Shown here one piece after another: positions 36,984 to 46,672 of a stretch of DNA of 64,000 nucleotides (the stretch's first letter is position 1; each line of letters opens with the position of its first letter). Source of the stretch: Candidatus Paceibacter sp. GTDB lineage: Bacteria > Patescibacteriota > Minisyncoccia > Phycocordibacterales > BOKC01. The translations under genes and the position numbers were made by a program. Below the pieces are notes generated by a model. That model made no database searches, had not been told where the DNA came from, and saw nothing but the letters and a program-made list of their open reading frames with translations. Location: contig DYGD01000003.1 in NCBI GenBank assembly GCA_020724885.1, positions 3,103 to 67,102 of the forward strand, read 5' to 3'.

Positions 36984-37868
36984 TTAATGAGCCGCGACTC
37001 TAACTTGGATTGCTCTTTCTATCACATACCCAAGCTCGTCTTCCGAAAAAACAATCTTGTTTTTTTTCAGATAGCTGTCAATTTGTTTCAAGGCCTCATG
37101 CAGGTCGGCGCCGTAGCCGGCGTAATTGGTCAAGACCAAAATTCCGTCAATCGGGTCAATCAAAACCGACTCAAAGTTTTGCACGCTGTTTTTGACTCCA
37201 TTTAAGGCATTGATCATATTCAAATGACCGGAAGAGATTTCAGCCGGAACTTCGGTTTTCAAATATTCCGCAATCAAGTTGTTGTAATTTTTGACGACCG
37301 CTTCAAGCGCTATCAAGTCGGCCGAATTTTTGGACATCATTGCCTTGGCAAGTATTTCGCTCGGGTCGGTGGTCTCGCCAGCGAAAGCGTATTTGACAGC
37401 GATTTCTCCGATTTTGTTGCCATAATTGCGGAGCGATTCGGAGTCATTCTTTCCTGTTATTTTCAGGTCGGAAATTTGATAACTTGGCGCCGCTTTTCTT
37501 GCTATCTCGCGGTCAACCGGATTTTTCTGTAAGACATTTTCCACCAAAACGCTTTCATTGGGCTTCTGGTCGGCTAGAAAAAATTCTTCCAAAACACTCT
37601 TTGCCAATTCTTCTGAATAAGCCCCACTGACTCTGGGGATGATATTTTTTTGTCGAGCTAGAATATTTTTCTCCCAATCGGATAAAGTATTTTTATCGGT
37701 CGTCCCGACTCCGTTAGCCGATAAAAGCACTGGCTCGGCTTTGTAGCTTACACTGCCGGCGACACCATCGTGCCACTTATAAGACAGAGACCCCAAAATA
37801 ATGAAGGCAGAAAAGATTCCGGCGCTTGTAATCGCAAATATTTTTTTATTCTTTCGGGAGTTAAGCAT
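36984..37868 (-). CDS. Membrane-anchored helical hypothetical protein (T4SS locus)
   Basis: TM after a basic N-terminus; LSDWE, VP....HL..IN; start uncertain. Confidence 0.6.
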   Translation of the reverse strand: MLNSRKNKKIFAITSAGIFSAFIILGSLSYKWHDGVAGSVSYKAEPVLLSANGVGTTDKNTLSDWEKNILARQKNIIPRVSGAYSEELAKSVLEEFFLADQKPNESVLVENVLQKNPVDREIARKAAPSYQISDLKITGKNDSESLRNYGNKIGEIAVKYAFAGETTDPSEILAKAMMSKNSADLIALEAVVKNYNNLIAEYLKTEVPAEISSGHLNMINALNGVKNSVQNFESVLIDPIDGILVLTNYAGYGADLHEALKQIDSYLKKNKIVFSEDELGYVIERAIQVRVAAH

Positions 37869-38025
37869 AGAATTCAAGAACATTATACCAAAAAAACCGC
37901 CATTTTTTATTTTTATTTTTGTTGTGTGGATTGCTACGGACGACCTGACTTGTTGGGGTTTGTTCGGGTATCCCGCCACCACTTTGCCTTTTTCGGCAGA
38001 ACCTATAAAATGGAGGTTATTGGAT

Positions 38026-39093
38026 ATGGGCTTTAAAAGATTTTTAAAACCGTTCTTAAAATATTTGTTTGTGGTCGCCCTGTTTTTGGTTTTAATGTTG
38101 GCCGGAATTAATTTCGGTTTTTTGCAGAAGGATTTCCAGCCCGCGGTTGTTTTTCTGTCGGAATATTTTGATTTTTCAAAACTCAAGCTCGCCGAAGCAT
38201 CGATCCACTTTTTCTTTTTGTTTCCATCGGATAATTGCCGAGAGATAACTTACTCATACGGTGTGTTTCCTGAAAAAATGCCATCTTGTTACGGCATTTT
38301 TAATTCTTGGCGCAAATGGGGTTTTGACATTGACAGCGACTCTCATCCTCTTTGGCTGGTTTGGAATTATTGGCAAGAAAACACGGAACGGCGCCGACCG
38401 ATTACTTTTGGAGAATGGGAAACAGGGGCTTTACAGATGGGTTCTTCCTGGGCACCCTTTATGGAAAAATACGAAGGTTCGGTTGATGATATTCATAATC
38501 CTTGCCACGAAATCACTCTTTATTATACTTCTGATCCAAATTATACCGGGAGTTTTTACAACAAAGGATGGGGTAGTTATGGAGATTATTACAAAAGATG
38601 CGAAGAGAAATTCAATGAAACCAGCGGTTTTGAGTATGACGACCCCGACCACCCGCTCTGGCTTTTCTGGCAGATGTGGGATTCTGACGAAAAGGCGGAT
38701 AATCAGCGTTCCCAATTACCCCCTCTCTTTGATCAGTGGGAAACTGGCGCCGGTCTCTTAGCCCAAAGTGGTTGGGATTTTGCTAGGCAACCTTTTTTCA
38801 GCAGTTTGCCGGGTTTCGGAGGTAATCTTTCCATAGTTCATGATTGTACTTGCTATTTTAAAGACAAGTTGTTTTATATGACTCCTGTTCCTGGCAGTTG
38901 GTCGGGTCCGTATCTGGTCACGCCATCTTCAGATTTGCACCCGATTTATGGCAATATTTCGCCGGGTCGGTGGGTTCTTGGCGATGTCAATTCCGGCGGG
39001 GTTTGTATGATGCGCTCTAATACGGGCTGTTATCCGATCCCGACTATGTTTAAAGTTCAGCCACGCCCGGCCGGAATAGGCACCAGTCAGTGA
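38026..39093 (+). CDS. Secreted Trp/Cys-rich protein with an internal repeat and a Cys-rich C-terminal domain
   Basis: N-terminal TM; two HPLWL..WETGA repeats; GFGG..CTC..G.W.LG..C..C..GTS tail; start set at ATG 38026. Confidence 0.65.
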   Translation: MGFKRFLKPFLKYLFVVALFLVLMLAGINFGFLQKDFQPAVVFLSEYFDFSKLKLAEASIHFFFLFPSDNCREITYSYGVFPEKMPSCYGIFNSWRKWGFDIDSDSHPLWLVWNYWQENTERRRPITFGEWETGALQMGSSWAPFMEKYEGSVDDIHNPCHEITLYYTSDPNYTGSFYNKGWGSYGDYYKRCEEKFNETSGFEYDDPDHPLWLFWQMWDSDEKADNQRSQLPPLFDQWETGAGLLAQSGWDFARQPFFSSLPGFGGNLSIVHDCTCYFKDKLFYMTPVPGSWSGPYLVTPSSDLHPIYGNISPGRWVLGDVNSGGVCMMRSNTGCYPIPTMFKVQPRPAGIGTSQ

Positions 39094-39902
39094 CAGATAT
39101 TTTTCACCAAACAGCCCCAGTTTTCCAAAGATAAATTTTCGGCGCGGACTTTCTCATTGAGCCCGCAGGTTTTAAAAACTTCTTCAATTTTTTCCGGTGT
39201 CGCAAACCGCAAAAGTTTTTTGTTCAAGACCTTTCTTTTTTGAGCAAAACCGGCTTTTAGAATTTCAAAAAATTCTTGTTCGTTGATTTTATTATGTCTA
39301 AAAAAATCTCTGCTGATTTTCGAGATAAGTAGAATTGCCGAATCAACTTTTGGTGCCGGCCGAAACGCGCCGGCTTTTACTGTTTGAATATATTTGGGCT
39401 CTCCAAAACATTTGATGCTCAAAGACAGGACACTTTGACGATCGTCAGGGTGTCCATATCCGGCAATTCTTCTAGCCACTTCTTTTTGGAGCATTAGGAC
39501 CATTAATTTTGGCTGGTTTTCGGCTTGCAAAAATTTCCGCAAAAACTTTCCGGTGATGTAGTAAGGTAAATTCGCAACGATCTTATAAGGTTCTGTTGAA
39601 AATTGAAAATTGAAAATTGGAGTTTCTAAAACGTCTCCGTGTATGAGTTCAAATCTAGAGTCAGAAATTTCATCAGAAAATTTGTTTTTCAGAAAATCTA
39701 TTAGCCGGTCGTCTTTTTCAACGGCGATAACCTTGCCAGCGGCTTTTAAAATCTCTTCGGTCAGAATTCCCTCACCCGGGCCGATTTCCAATACCAAATC
39801 TTTGCCGGTTATTTCTCCAATCACAACCATCTTTCGCAAAATTGTTCTATCACGCAAAAAATTTTGCCCCAGTGTTTTTTTTGTCTTGATTTTTTCGTCC
39901 AT
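39087..39902 (-). CDS. rsmA: 16S rRNA dimethyladenosine transferase
   Basis: LGQNFL, EIGPGEG, VANLPYYIT, QKEVA, PKVDSA. Confidence 0.95.
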   Translation of the reverse strand: MDEKIKTKKTLGQNFLRDRTILRKMVVIGEITGKDLVLEIGPGEGILTEEILKAAGKVIAVEKDDRLIDFLKNKFSDEISDSRFELIHGDVLETPIFNFQFSTEPYKIVANLPYYITGKFLRKFLQAENQPKLMVLMLQKEVARRIAGYGHPDDRQSVLSLSIKCFGEPKYIQTVKAGAFRPAPKVDSAILLISKISRDFFRHNKINEQEFFEILKAGFAQKRKVLNKKLLRFATPEKIEEVFKTCGLNEKVRAENLSLENWGCLVKNICH

Positions 39903-39903
39903 T

Positions 39904-41838
39904 TTAAAATTCTATGTTCAGCAATCCGCCGGACGCTCCGCTTGTTCCCACTCCGGTTTCAATTAAGGCCGCTGGAATATCGTTTATGAATGATGACGGC
40001 AAGTTGTAGACATTAGCTCCGAAGATCCCTCTTTTTACCGAGTAAGATAAGAAAACTTTTTTTCTGGCTCGGGTCAGGGCGACATAAAATAATCTCCGCT
40101 CTTCTTCCTTTTCTTCTTCGTTTGAGTCAGATTTTTTATAAGGAAAAAGTTCCTCCTCCAGTCCACTGATGAAAACATAGTCAAATTCCAGACCCTTGGC
40201 GGCGTGGACTGTCATTAGCTTTATGTTTTCCGCGCTTTTGTTCAGCCCGTCTTGGTCGCTGGCGAGGGCGATATCGTCTAAAAACTTATTCAGAGCTTCA
40301 GTCGGACTGCCGAAACCGTATCGGCCGGCAAAATTTACAAGTTCAAAAATGTTTTCCAATCTTTCTTTTTCTTCCTGGCCGCCGGATTCAAGGTGTGTTT
40401 TCCAGCCGCTTTTTTCAAGGGTAAAATTTATCAATTCGGCTGGGAATTTGTTGGCGGCCTCGGCTTTTATAGTTTTTAGGAGGTCTCTAAATTTTGCGAT
40501 CTTCTCTCGCATTCCTCTATTAAGTCCCTCTTCCCGACCGGCCAAAATTTTTTCTAAAGCCGTTTTGCCGAGACCTCTTGGCGGGACGTTGATGATTCTT
40601 TTTATATCGGAGAATGATTTTTCATTCATAGCTGACCTTAAATAAGAAACCACGTCTTTCACCTCTTTCCTTTCAAAGAATTTTGTGCCGACAACCTGAT
40701 ACGGCAACCCTTCTTCCATAAAAACTTCTTCCAACGCTCGTGATTGAAAATTTGCGCGGTAAAGAACCGCAATTTCTCCGGTATTTCCGCCATTCTCTAT
40801 TATTTTTCTAATCGTCAAGGCGATTTTTCCGGCCTCGTTATTTTCATCCAACGCTTCCGTTAGGGATATTTTTTCACCACTGTTGTTTTTGGTGAAAAGT
40901 TTTTTTTCTATCCTGAATTTATTTTTGCCGATAACAGAATTTGCGGCGTCAAGAATGTTTTGACTGGATCGATAATTTTCCTCAAGTAGGATAATTTTTG
41001 CTTCCGGATAATCTTTTTCAAAATCAATTAAGTTTTTAAATCTGGCGCCTCGAAAACTGTAAATGCACTGGTCATGGTCACCGACGACGCAGATGTTTCT
41101 GTGTTTGTCTGACAGCAACTTTGCGATCGCGTATTGGGCTTTGTTCGTGTCTTGATATTCGTCAATGTGTATGTACTGCCATCTGTTTTGATATTGGTTT
41201 TTTATGTTTTCGTTTCTTAACAATTTTTCTGTTTTGAGCAGGAGGTCGTCAAAATCAAGGGCCCCCTCTCTCTTTAGTATTTTTTCGTATTCTTGCCAGA
41301 CCTTGAAGATCTCCCGACTTAAATACGCCTCGTTACCATCTTCATCTATTGTGTTTTCAAATTCTTCAATAGATCTAAGCTCTCCCTTTTGTTTTGAAAT
41401 TATATTTAAAACCGCTCCCGGCGAGAGGTTTTCTTCCCCCACCTTCTTTAGCGATTCTCTCACTGCCTTTTTGGATTCGTCTCTGTCAAAAATTTTGAAA
41501 TACCTGTTTAACCCCAAACTTTCGGCGTTTTCCCGAATGATTCTAACTCCCAAGGCGTGAAATGTGCCTATGAAAGGCGCGCGGTCTGATTGATGATTGT
41601 CTGTGTTTTTATGCAAAAGAGCGAGGACTCTGACTCTCATCTCTTCCGCGGCTTTGTTCGTAAAAGTTATTGCCAGTATTTTTTCTGGTGAAACCCCGCT
41701 TTTTATTAGATGAAAAATTCTTCTGGTTATTGTTTTTGTCTTGCCGGCACCGGCACCAGCCACTATTAGGACAGGCCCCTCGGTCGTTTTGACCGCCTCT
41801 TCTTGTTTGGGGTTCAAATTTTCTTCTGGATTATCCAT
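39904..41838 (-). CDS. pcrA: UvrD/PcrA DNA helicase
   Basis: AGAGAGKT, IDEYQDTN, MTVHAAKGLEF, EERRLFYVALTRA. Confidence 0.95.
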   Translation of the reverse strand: MDNPEENLNPKQEEAVKTTEGPVLIVAGAGAGKTKTITRRIFHLIKSGVSPEKILAITFTNKAAEEMRVRVLALLHKNTDNHQSDRAPFIGTFHALGVRIIRENAESLGLNRYFKIFDRDESKKAVRESLKKVGEENLSPGAVLNIISKQKGELRSIEEFENTIDEDGNEAYLSREIFKVWQEYEKILKREGALDFDDLLLKTEKLLRNENIKNQYQNRWQYIHIDEYQDTNKAQYAIAKLLSDKHRNICVVGDHDQCIYSFRGARFKNLIDFEKDYPEAKIILLEENYRSSQNILDAANSVIGKNKFRIEKKLFTKNNSGEKISLTEALDENNEAGKIALTIRKIIENGGNTGEIAVLYRANFQSRALEEVFMEEGLPYQVVGTKFFERKEVKDVVSYLRSAMNEKSFSDIKRIINVPPRGLGKTALEKILAGREEGLNRGMREKIAKFRDLLKTIKAEAANKFPAELINFTLEKSGWKTHLESGGQEEKERLENIFELVNFAGRYGFGSPTEALNKFLDDIALASDQDGLNKSAENIKLMTVHAAKGLEFDYVFISGLEEELFPYKKSDSNEEEKEEERRLFYVALTRARKKVFLSYSVKRGIFGANVYNLPSSFINDIPAALIETGVGTSGASGGLLNIEF

Positions 41839-42057
41839 AAAATTGCCGGACTGTGATATCCACACACTTTTTTGCGATCTATTGACCGGACTGGTGGTAT
41901 GTATATAATGGCAAGTATACCAGAAAACGGACTCGGCTGGATTATAAAGCGAGAGGGGGGCCAGAACGTCTGATTTATCATTTATTTAAGCAATATTTTA
42001 GCTAATTCTAAGTATCCTGACCCCCTAGGGTCTCAAAGCGGGGGGCGGAAAAATAAT

Positions 42058-43050
42058 TTGTTTTTGAATCAGCCCTTTTTGGGTGTTTTTGGCTTGTTTT
42101 TGCTTGTGATTATCCCTTTTTTGGCTCAAGCCAACATCTTCCAGCGGATTTTTGATCGTGATAGGCATAATGAACCCGCGCAACTGCCAAACTCACAACA
42201 AATGGAATTGCTGGCACCGCCACTATCCCCCTTTAATTCAATTGGTGGTGGAGATATCACTATAGTTGACGGGGCTCTTTCAGCAGAGACCGGCTTTAGT
42301 GGTAGCTTGTTCTCTGAACCCGGCCGGAAGAGTGTTTATACCGTGAAAGAAGGAGAAACCTTATCAGAAATAGCCGAGATGTTTGGAATTTCTACAAACA
42401 CTTTAAGATGGAGTAATGATATCTCAGGCAGTACCATTAGGCCGGGACAAATTTTAACAATTCTACCTGTTTCCGGGGTGTCACATATTATTAAATCGGG
42501 TGATACTTTGCAAAAAATTGCCTCCCAATATAAGGGAGATTTAGAGGGAATCGCTTTTTACAATAATATTTCCAGAGACGCTAAGCTGGCTATTGGAACT
42601 GAAATCATAATCCCGGATGGAGTTATTCCGGCCGCCGCTCCATCTCCAAAGATTTCTACCTCTGTGGCGTCCAGACCGTCCACTGAAACAGCGGCGCAAG
42701 TCGGCTATTATATCAGGCCAGTTGTCGGAGGATATAGAAGTCAGGGGTTGCACTCTCAAAACGCGGTTGACATAGCGGTTTCCTTCGGCACTCCGATTCG
42801 GGCCGCCGCTAATGGCGTTGTAGACGCAATTTGTAATGGCTGGTGCGCCGGTTACGGCAATTTTGTCTTAATTGCTCATCCAAACGGTACCAAGACTAGA
42901 TATGCTCATAATAGTAAAAATCTTGTTATTGAGGGCCAACAGGTTTCTCAGGGAGAAATAATCGCTGAAGTCGGATCTACTGGTCGTTCAAGCGGTCCGC
43001 ATGTTCACTTTGAAATTGTCGGCCGTAATGCTCCAAGAAACCCATTTTAA
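42058..43050 (+). CDS. LysM + M23 peptidase
   Basis: Two LysM repeats; H..VD, YAH, TGRSSGPHVHFE. Confidence 0.9.
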   Translation: MFLNQPFLGVFGLFLLVIIPFLAQANIFQRIFDRDRHNEPAQLPNSQQMELLAPPLSPFNSIGGGDITIVDGALSAETGFSGSLFSEPGRKSVYTVKEGETLSEIAEMFGISTNTLRWSNDISGSTIRPGQILTILPVSGVSHIIKSGDTLQKIASQYKGDLEGIAFYNNISRDAKLAIGTEIIIPDGVIPAAAPSPKISTSVASRPSTETAAQVGYYIRPVVGGYRSQGLHSQNAVDIAVSFGTPIRAAANGVVDAICNGWCAGYGNFVLIAHPNGTKTRYAHNSKNLVIEGQQVSQGEIIAEVGSTGRSSGPHVHFEIVGRNAPRNPF

Positions 43051-43071
43051 AATAAAGGCAGGGCAAACCTA

Positions 43072-44643
43072 TTACACCAACTCCATTTTTTTCGGGCGGT
43101 ACTGGAGAGCTTCTAAAATATGCGGTTCTTTGATTTCCTCTGATTCTTCAAGGTCGGCGATGGTGCGGGAGAGTTTTAGCACTTTGTGATACGACCGCGC
43201 CGACAAGTCCAGCCGGCGGGCCATTTCATTAAATTTGTTTTTCAAATCATCCGGCAAGATAATTTGCTTTATCAAATCCTTGGCGCCAAGCGAGCTGTTG
43301 GTCCTGATGTTTTTTAAACCAAAATTCTCAAATCTTTTTTGTTGAAAATCTCTGGCTTTGACCACTCGCTCGCGAACCTTTTCCGTCTCACTCTCGCGCC
43401 GGCTTTCCGAAAGTTTTTCATAATCAATTTTGGCAACTTCAAGCCAGAGATCAATGCGGTCCATAATCGGCCCGGAAATTTTTCGCTGATATCGCTGGAT
43501 GTGCGAGGGTTGGCAAACGCATTCTTTGCCTTTGGTTCCGAAATTGCCACAAGGGCAAGGGTTCATCGCCGCCACCAAAATAAAATCAGCCGGGAACAAA
43601 GCCGAACCCTTGCTACGGGAAACATTTATAACTCTTTCTTCCAGGGGTTGTCTCAAGGACTCAACCACTCGCCGGTCAAATTCTGGAAATTCATCAAGAA
43701 AAAGCACCCCGCGGTGAGCCAAAGTGATTTCGCCCGGTTTAGGAATCGCGCCACCGCCTCCGACAACCGAAACATGGGAGGAAGTATGATGCGGGGCGCG
43801 GAAGGGCGGATGAATGACAAGTGTCTCCTGTAAAGAGCCGGCCACCGAATGAATGCCGGTAATTTCCAAAATTTCGTCAAAAGAAAGGGGCGGTAAAATA
43901 AAAGAAAAAGCTTTGGCTAGCATTGTTTTGCCGGTGCCGGGCGGGCCGTACATTGAGACATTGTGTCCACCGGCCGCCGCAATTTCCAATCCCCGCTTGG
44001 CGCTCTCCTGCCCTCGGACATCGGCAAAATCAATCGGGTAATGTCGCTCTTGGTAGACCACTTCGGTTTTTTTGCACGGTTCAATTTTGGCTTGCCAATG
44101 ATCTTCTTCAAATTTTTCACCCTGTTTTGTATTGATGTGAGAGATAACCTCTTTTAAAGTTTCAACGCCGAAAATCTTTATACCGCTAATCAAAGCGGCT
44201 TCGCGAGCGTTTTCTTTCGGCAAATAAATTTCTTCAAAACCGATTCTTTTGGCTTCTTGGGCAATTGGCAGAATACCTCTCATGGGTTGCAATTTTCCAT
44301 CCAAAGAAAGCTCGCCAACAAATAATTTTTTTGAAGGGTGAAATTTTATTTCTTGAGCGGCCAAAAGATACCCCAGAGCAATCGGCAAATCAAAAATCGG
44401 CCCCTCTTTTTTGAGATCGGCCGGGGAAAGAGAAACGATAACTTTTTGATTTTTGGTTTTTGGTGAAGTAAAGCCGGTGTTTTTAATTGCGGCGCTGACC
44501 CGGTCTTTTGATTCTTCCACTGCCTTGTCCGGCAGACCGACGATTGAAAAAGCGTTGAGTCCGCCGGAAAGATCAACTTCAACATTGATCATTCGGGCTT
44601 TGAGCAAGATGTTCTGGGCGCTTTGGACTTTTGCAAAAGCCAT
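43072..44643 (-). CDS. comM: ComM/YifB Mg-chelatase-like AAA ATPase
   Basis: IVGLPDKAV.ES, GPPGTGKT, LFLDEFPEF, AAMNPCPCG. Confidence 0.93.
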   Translation of the reverse strand: MAFAKVQSAQNILLKARMINVEVDLSGGLNAFSIVGLPDKAVEESKDRVSAAIKNTGFTSPKTKNQKVIVSLSPADLKKEGPIFDLPIALGYLLAAQEIKFHPSKKLFVGELSLDGKLQPMRGILPIAQEAKRIGFEEIYLPKENAREAALISGIKIFGVETLKEVISHINTKQGEKFEEDHWQAKIEPCKKTEVVYQERHYPIDFADVRGQESAKRGLEIAAAGGHNVSMYGPPGTGKTMLAKAFSFILPPLSFDEILEITGIHSVAGSLQETLVIHPPFRAPHHTSSHVSVVGGGGAIPKPGEITLAHRGVLFLDEFPEFDRRVVESLRQPLEERVINVSRSKGSALFPADFILVAAMNPCPCGNFGTKGKECVCQPSHIQRYQRKISGPIMDRIDLWLEVAKIDYEKLSESRRESETEKVRERVVKARDFQQKRFENFGLKNIRTNSSLGAKDLIKQIILPDDLKNKFNEMARRLDLSARSYHKVLKLSRTIADLEESEEIKEPHILEALQYRPKKMELV

Positions 44644-44646
44644 GTT

Positions 44647-44742
44647 TAGTTTATAAGTTTCGCTTTGCTCCTAAGTTGGTAAGTTAAGAAACTTACAGCG
44701 AGCGAAGCGAGCGGAACTTACCAACTTTTAAATTACCAACTA
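44647..44742. repeat. AACTTACC repeat element (copy 2) with GCGAGCGAAGCGAGC core
   Basis: TAAGTTGGTAAGTT..GAGCGGAACTTACCAACTT. Confidence 0.7.
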
Positions 44743-45108
44743 CTCCATATGCTTCTTGCATGTCGCCGCGGCCGGATTGGCTTCCAAGCGGTCGCTTTCA
44801 ATCGGTTCGCCGGACACTTCGCAAAAACCATAACTGCCGCCTTCAATTTTTTGCAGAGCTTTTTTGACGTTATTGAAGCGGATTTCCAACTCATTCAAAA
44901 TACCGGCGTTTTCGCCGTAGGCCTCATAAGCGTCGGCTGTCTCGTTTGGGTCGGCAGCAACGTCTAATTTTTCTGGTTTAGCTTCCCAATCGTCCGGATT
45001 GTCGGGGTTGATTCGCCCGACGGTTTTCAACTCCTCAATCAGAAGGGTTTTTTCTTCCTCCAGTTTTTTTCGAAAATATTCAAAATCTATGTCGTTTCTT
45101 TTTTGCAT
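44740..45108 (-). CDS. DksA/TraR-family protein
   Basis: ALQKIEGGSYGFCEVSGEPIESDRLEANPAAATC; start set at ATG 45108. Confidence 0.85.
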   Translation of the reverse strand: MQKRNDIDFEYFRKKLEEEKTLLIEELKTVGRINPDNPDDWEAKPEKLDVAADPNETADAYEAYGENAGILNELEIRFNNVKKALQKIEGGSYGFCEVSGEPIESDRLEANPAAATCKKHME

Positions 45109-45166
45109 TTGATTAATTTTACTTTTTATTGGCAGACATAGCAAGAGAGCATAAAATTTATGGACT

Positions 45167-45574
45167 TTAATTGAAGAGTAATAAGCCGTTTTTGCGATAA
45201 TGAGTGTCAAAACTAACTATTGCTTGAAAATTTCCCAAACGAAACAAGGCGATATTGGCAGCATCAACAAAACTAACATTTTTAGATCGCTGTGAACGAA
45301 AAATTTTTTTACTTTCCTCAAACAACCTTTCCGACGGATGAATGATGGTAATTTCTGCTCTTTCTGTATCGTTCATAAAGTGCCTAGCTACAGACTGGCT
45401 AACTCTCATAGACAAAACCGTTGTTATTTCGCCATAGACAAAAACTGAAAGAGCCAAATCCAGACCGCGCTCTTGGATTTTTTCAAGAACGGCCAAAGCT
45501 CGCTTATGGTTGCTGTCGTCCTTTTTATAAAGAGCGATGAAAAAATCGGCGTCAGCCAGCAATCTATTTTCCAT
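45167..45574 (-). CDS. vapC: VapC-type PIN-domain toxin
   Basis: ADADFFIAL..D..H, SFVDA, SFD.H. Confidence 0.85.
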   Translation of the reverse strand: MENRLLADADFFIALYKKDDSNHKRALAVLEKIQERGLDLALSVFVYGEITTVLSMRVSQSVARHFMNDTERAEITIIHPSERLFEESKKIFRSQRSKNVSFVDAANIALFRLGNFQAIVSFDTHYRKNGLLLFN

Positions 45575-45818
45575 AAAGATAAAAATCGTGCCTTTTAGAA
45601 AGGTCTTTTGGACCGCCTTTCCCGGCATGCTTTCGGGCGTTTTTTAACAATAAACTCGCATTAAAGTTTTTCTTTGGTTGGTAAAACTCCTTATGCTTCC
45701 AGGCGCGCAACATATCGCGAAAAAATTCGCTTTTGGTGCCGTATCGCCCTTGTTTGATTTCCTGTTCAATCTCTTGATAGAGATGGTCAGGCATAGAAAT
45801 GTTAACAACTTTTCTCAT
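45564..45818 (-). CDS. Ribbon-helix-helix antitoxin (VapB-like)
   Basis: VVNISMP..SEFFRD; DLS.RHD.YLYG tail; overlaps the toxin start. Confidence 0.8.
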   Translation of the reverse strand: MRKVVNISMPDHLYQEIEQEIKQGRYGTKSEFFRDMLRAWKHKEFYQPKKNFNASLLLKNARKHAGKGGPKDLSKRHDFYLYGK

Positions 45819-46027
45819 ATAAAGGTATTGTAGTGTTTTGTATTACAGAAGTCAATCATCACTTGTGGACTTCCGAAGTCCGAAAGCAGGTGATTTACAT
45901 GAGTGACATTCGTAGTGTCGTAACCCCGCCCCAGTTTTGTAAGCAAAACTGGGGCGGGACGTTAAACAATGAAAAAGACCGCGACGGTGGAACCGCGCGG
46001 TCTTGCAAGGAGCGTTCCAGGGGATCT

Positions 46028-46462
46028 TCACTCGTCGCCGGATTCGGATTCAGCGACGAGTGTCCGAAGGCGCTGAAGATGATTGTCCAGCGCTCGCACC
46101 CATTCCTCGCTCGGCAACTCGCCGTCGCCTCGGGGAATTATTTCCCACTGGTGCCCTCTGCTCTGAACGGGTAGGATTACCCTTACCGCCAAAGTTCGGG
46201 GGTTGAGATGAAAGACCTCCACCTCATCTCCACTGAACTGGAAGAAGAAGTAGATCGGGCGATCGGGGAGAGCCGTGTTCCGGAGCAGATCTCCGGTCTG
46301 AATCTCGGCCCACTGCTCGCCGTGCTCCTCCACGATCTTCTGCCTGACCTCATCCGGAGTGGGGGCAGGATCCTTGAACATTGTCGTGGCAAGCAAGCCG
46401 AGGATTGTCACGATCAGGACAAGAACCACCAATTCGGGCAGGGTGAATCCGCGCTTCATCAC
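46028..46462 (-). CDS. Orphan prepilin-type N-terminal cleavage/methylation domain protein
   Basis: KRG|FTLPELVVLVLIVTILG; SD AAGGAG; own promoter TTGACT-N17-TAGTAT (46548-46520); terminator ~45972-46004. Confidence 0.7.
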   Translation of the reverse strand: MMKRGFTLPELVVLVLIVTILGLLATTMFKDPAPTPDEVRQKIVEEHGEQWAEIQTGDLLRNTALPDRPIYFFFQFSGDEVEVFHLNPRTLAVRVILPVQSRGHQWEIIPRGDGELPSEEWVRALDNHLQRLRTLVAESESGDE

Positions 46463-46672
46463 CTATCTCCTTGCTTTGGGTGTGGCAACAAGCCAAAACC
46501 CAGTTTGCGTCCGGTTGAAATACTAGCAAATTTAGTCTAAAAAGTCAAGCTGGTTTGGTAATGTGCACACACTTTTAAGGATAGCTGTTTTCAGCCCCCC
46601 TTTTTAGCGACACGTGTCGGCAAAAGGGGAGAGAAAAAAAGGGGGTGTGAAAATTTATGGTAAAGAATCGGA

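Noticed and set aside
25327-37868. Integrative conjugative element or prophage
   Set aside because: No integrase, relaxase, att sites or phage structural genes; composition resembles the core genome.
37801-38186. Apparent long antiparallel overlap of two genes
   Set aside because: Disappears when starts are moved to ATG 37868 (-) and ATG 38026 (+).
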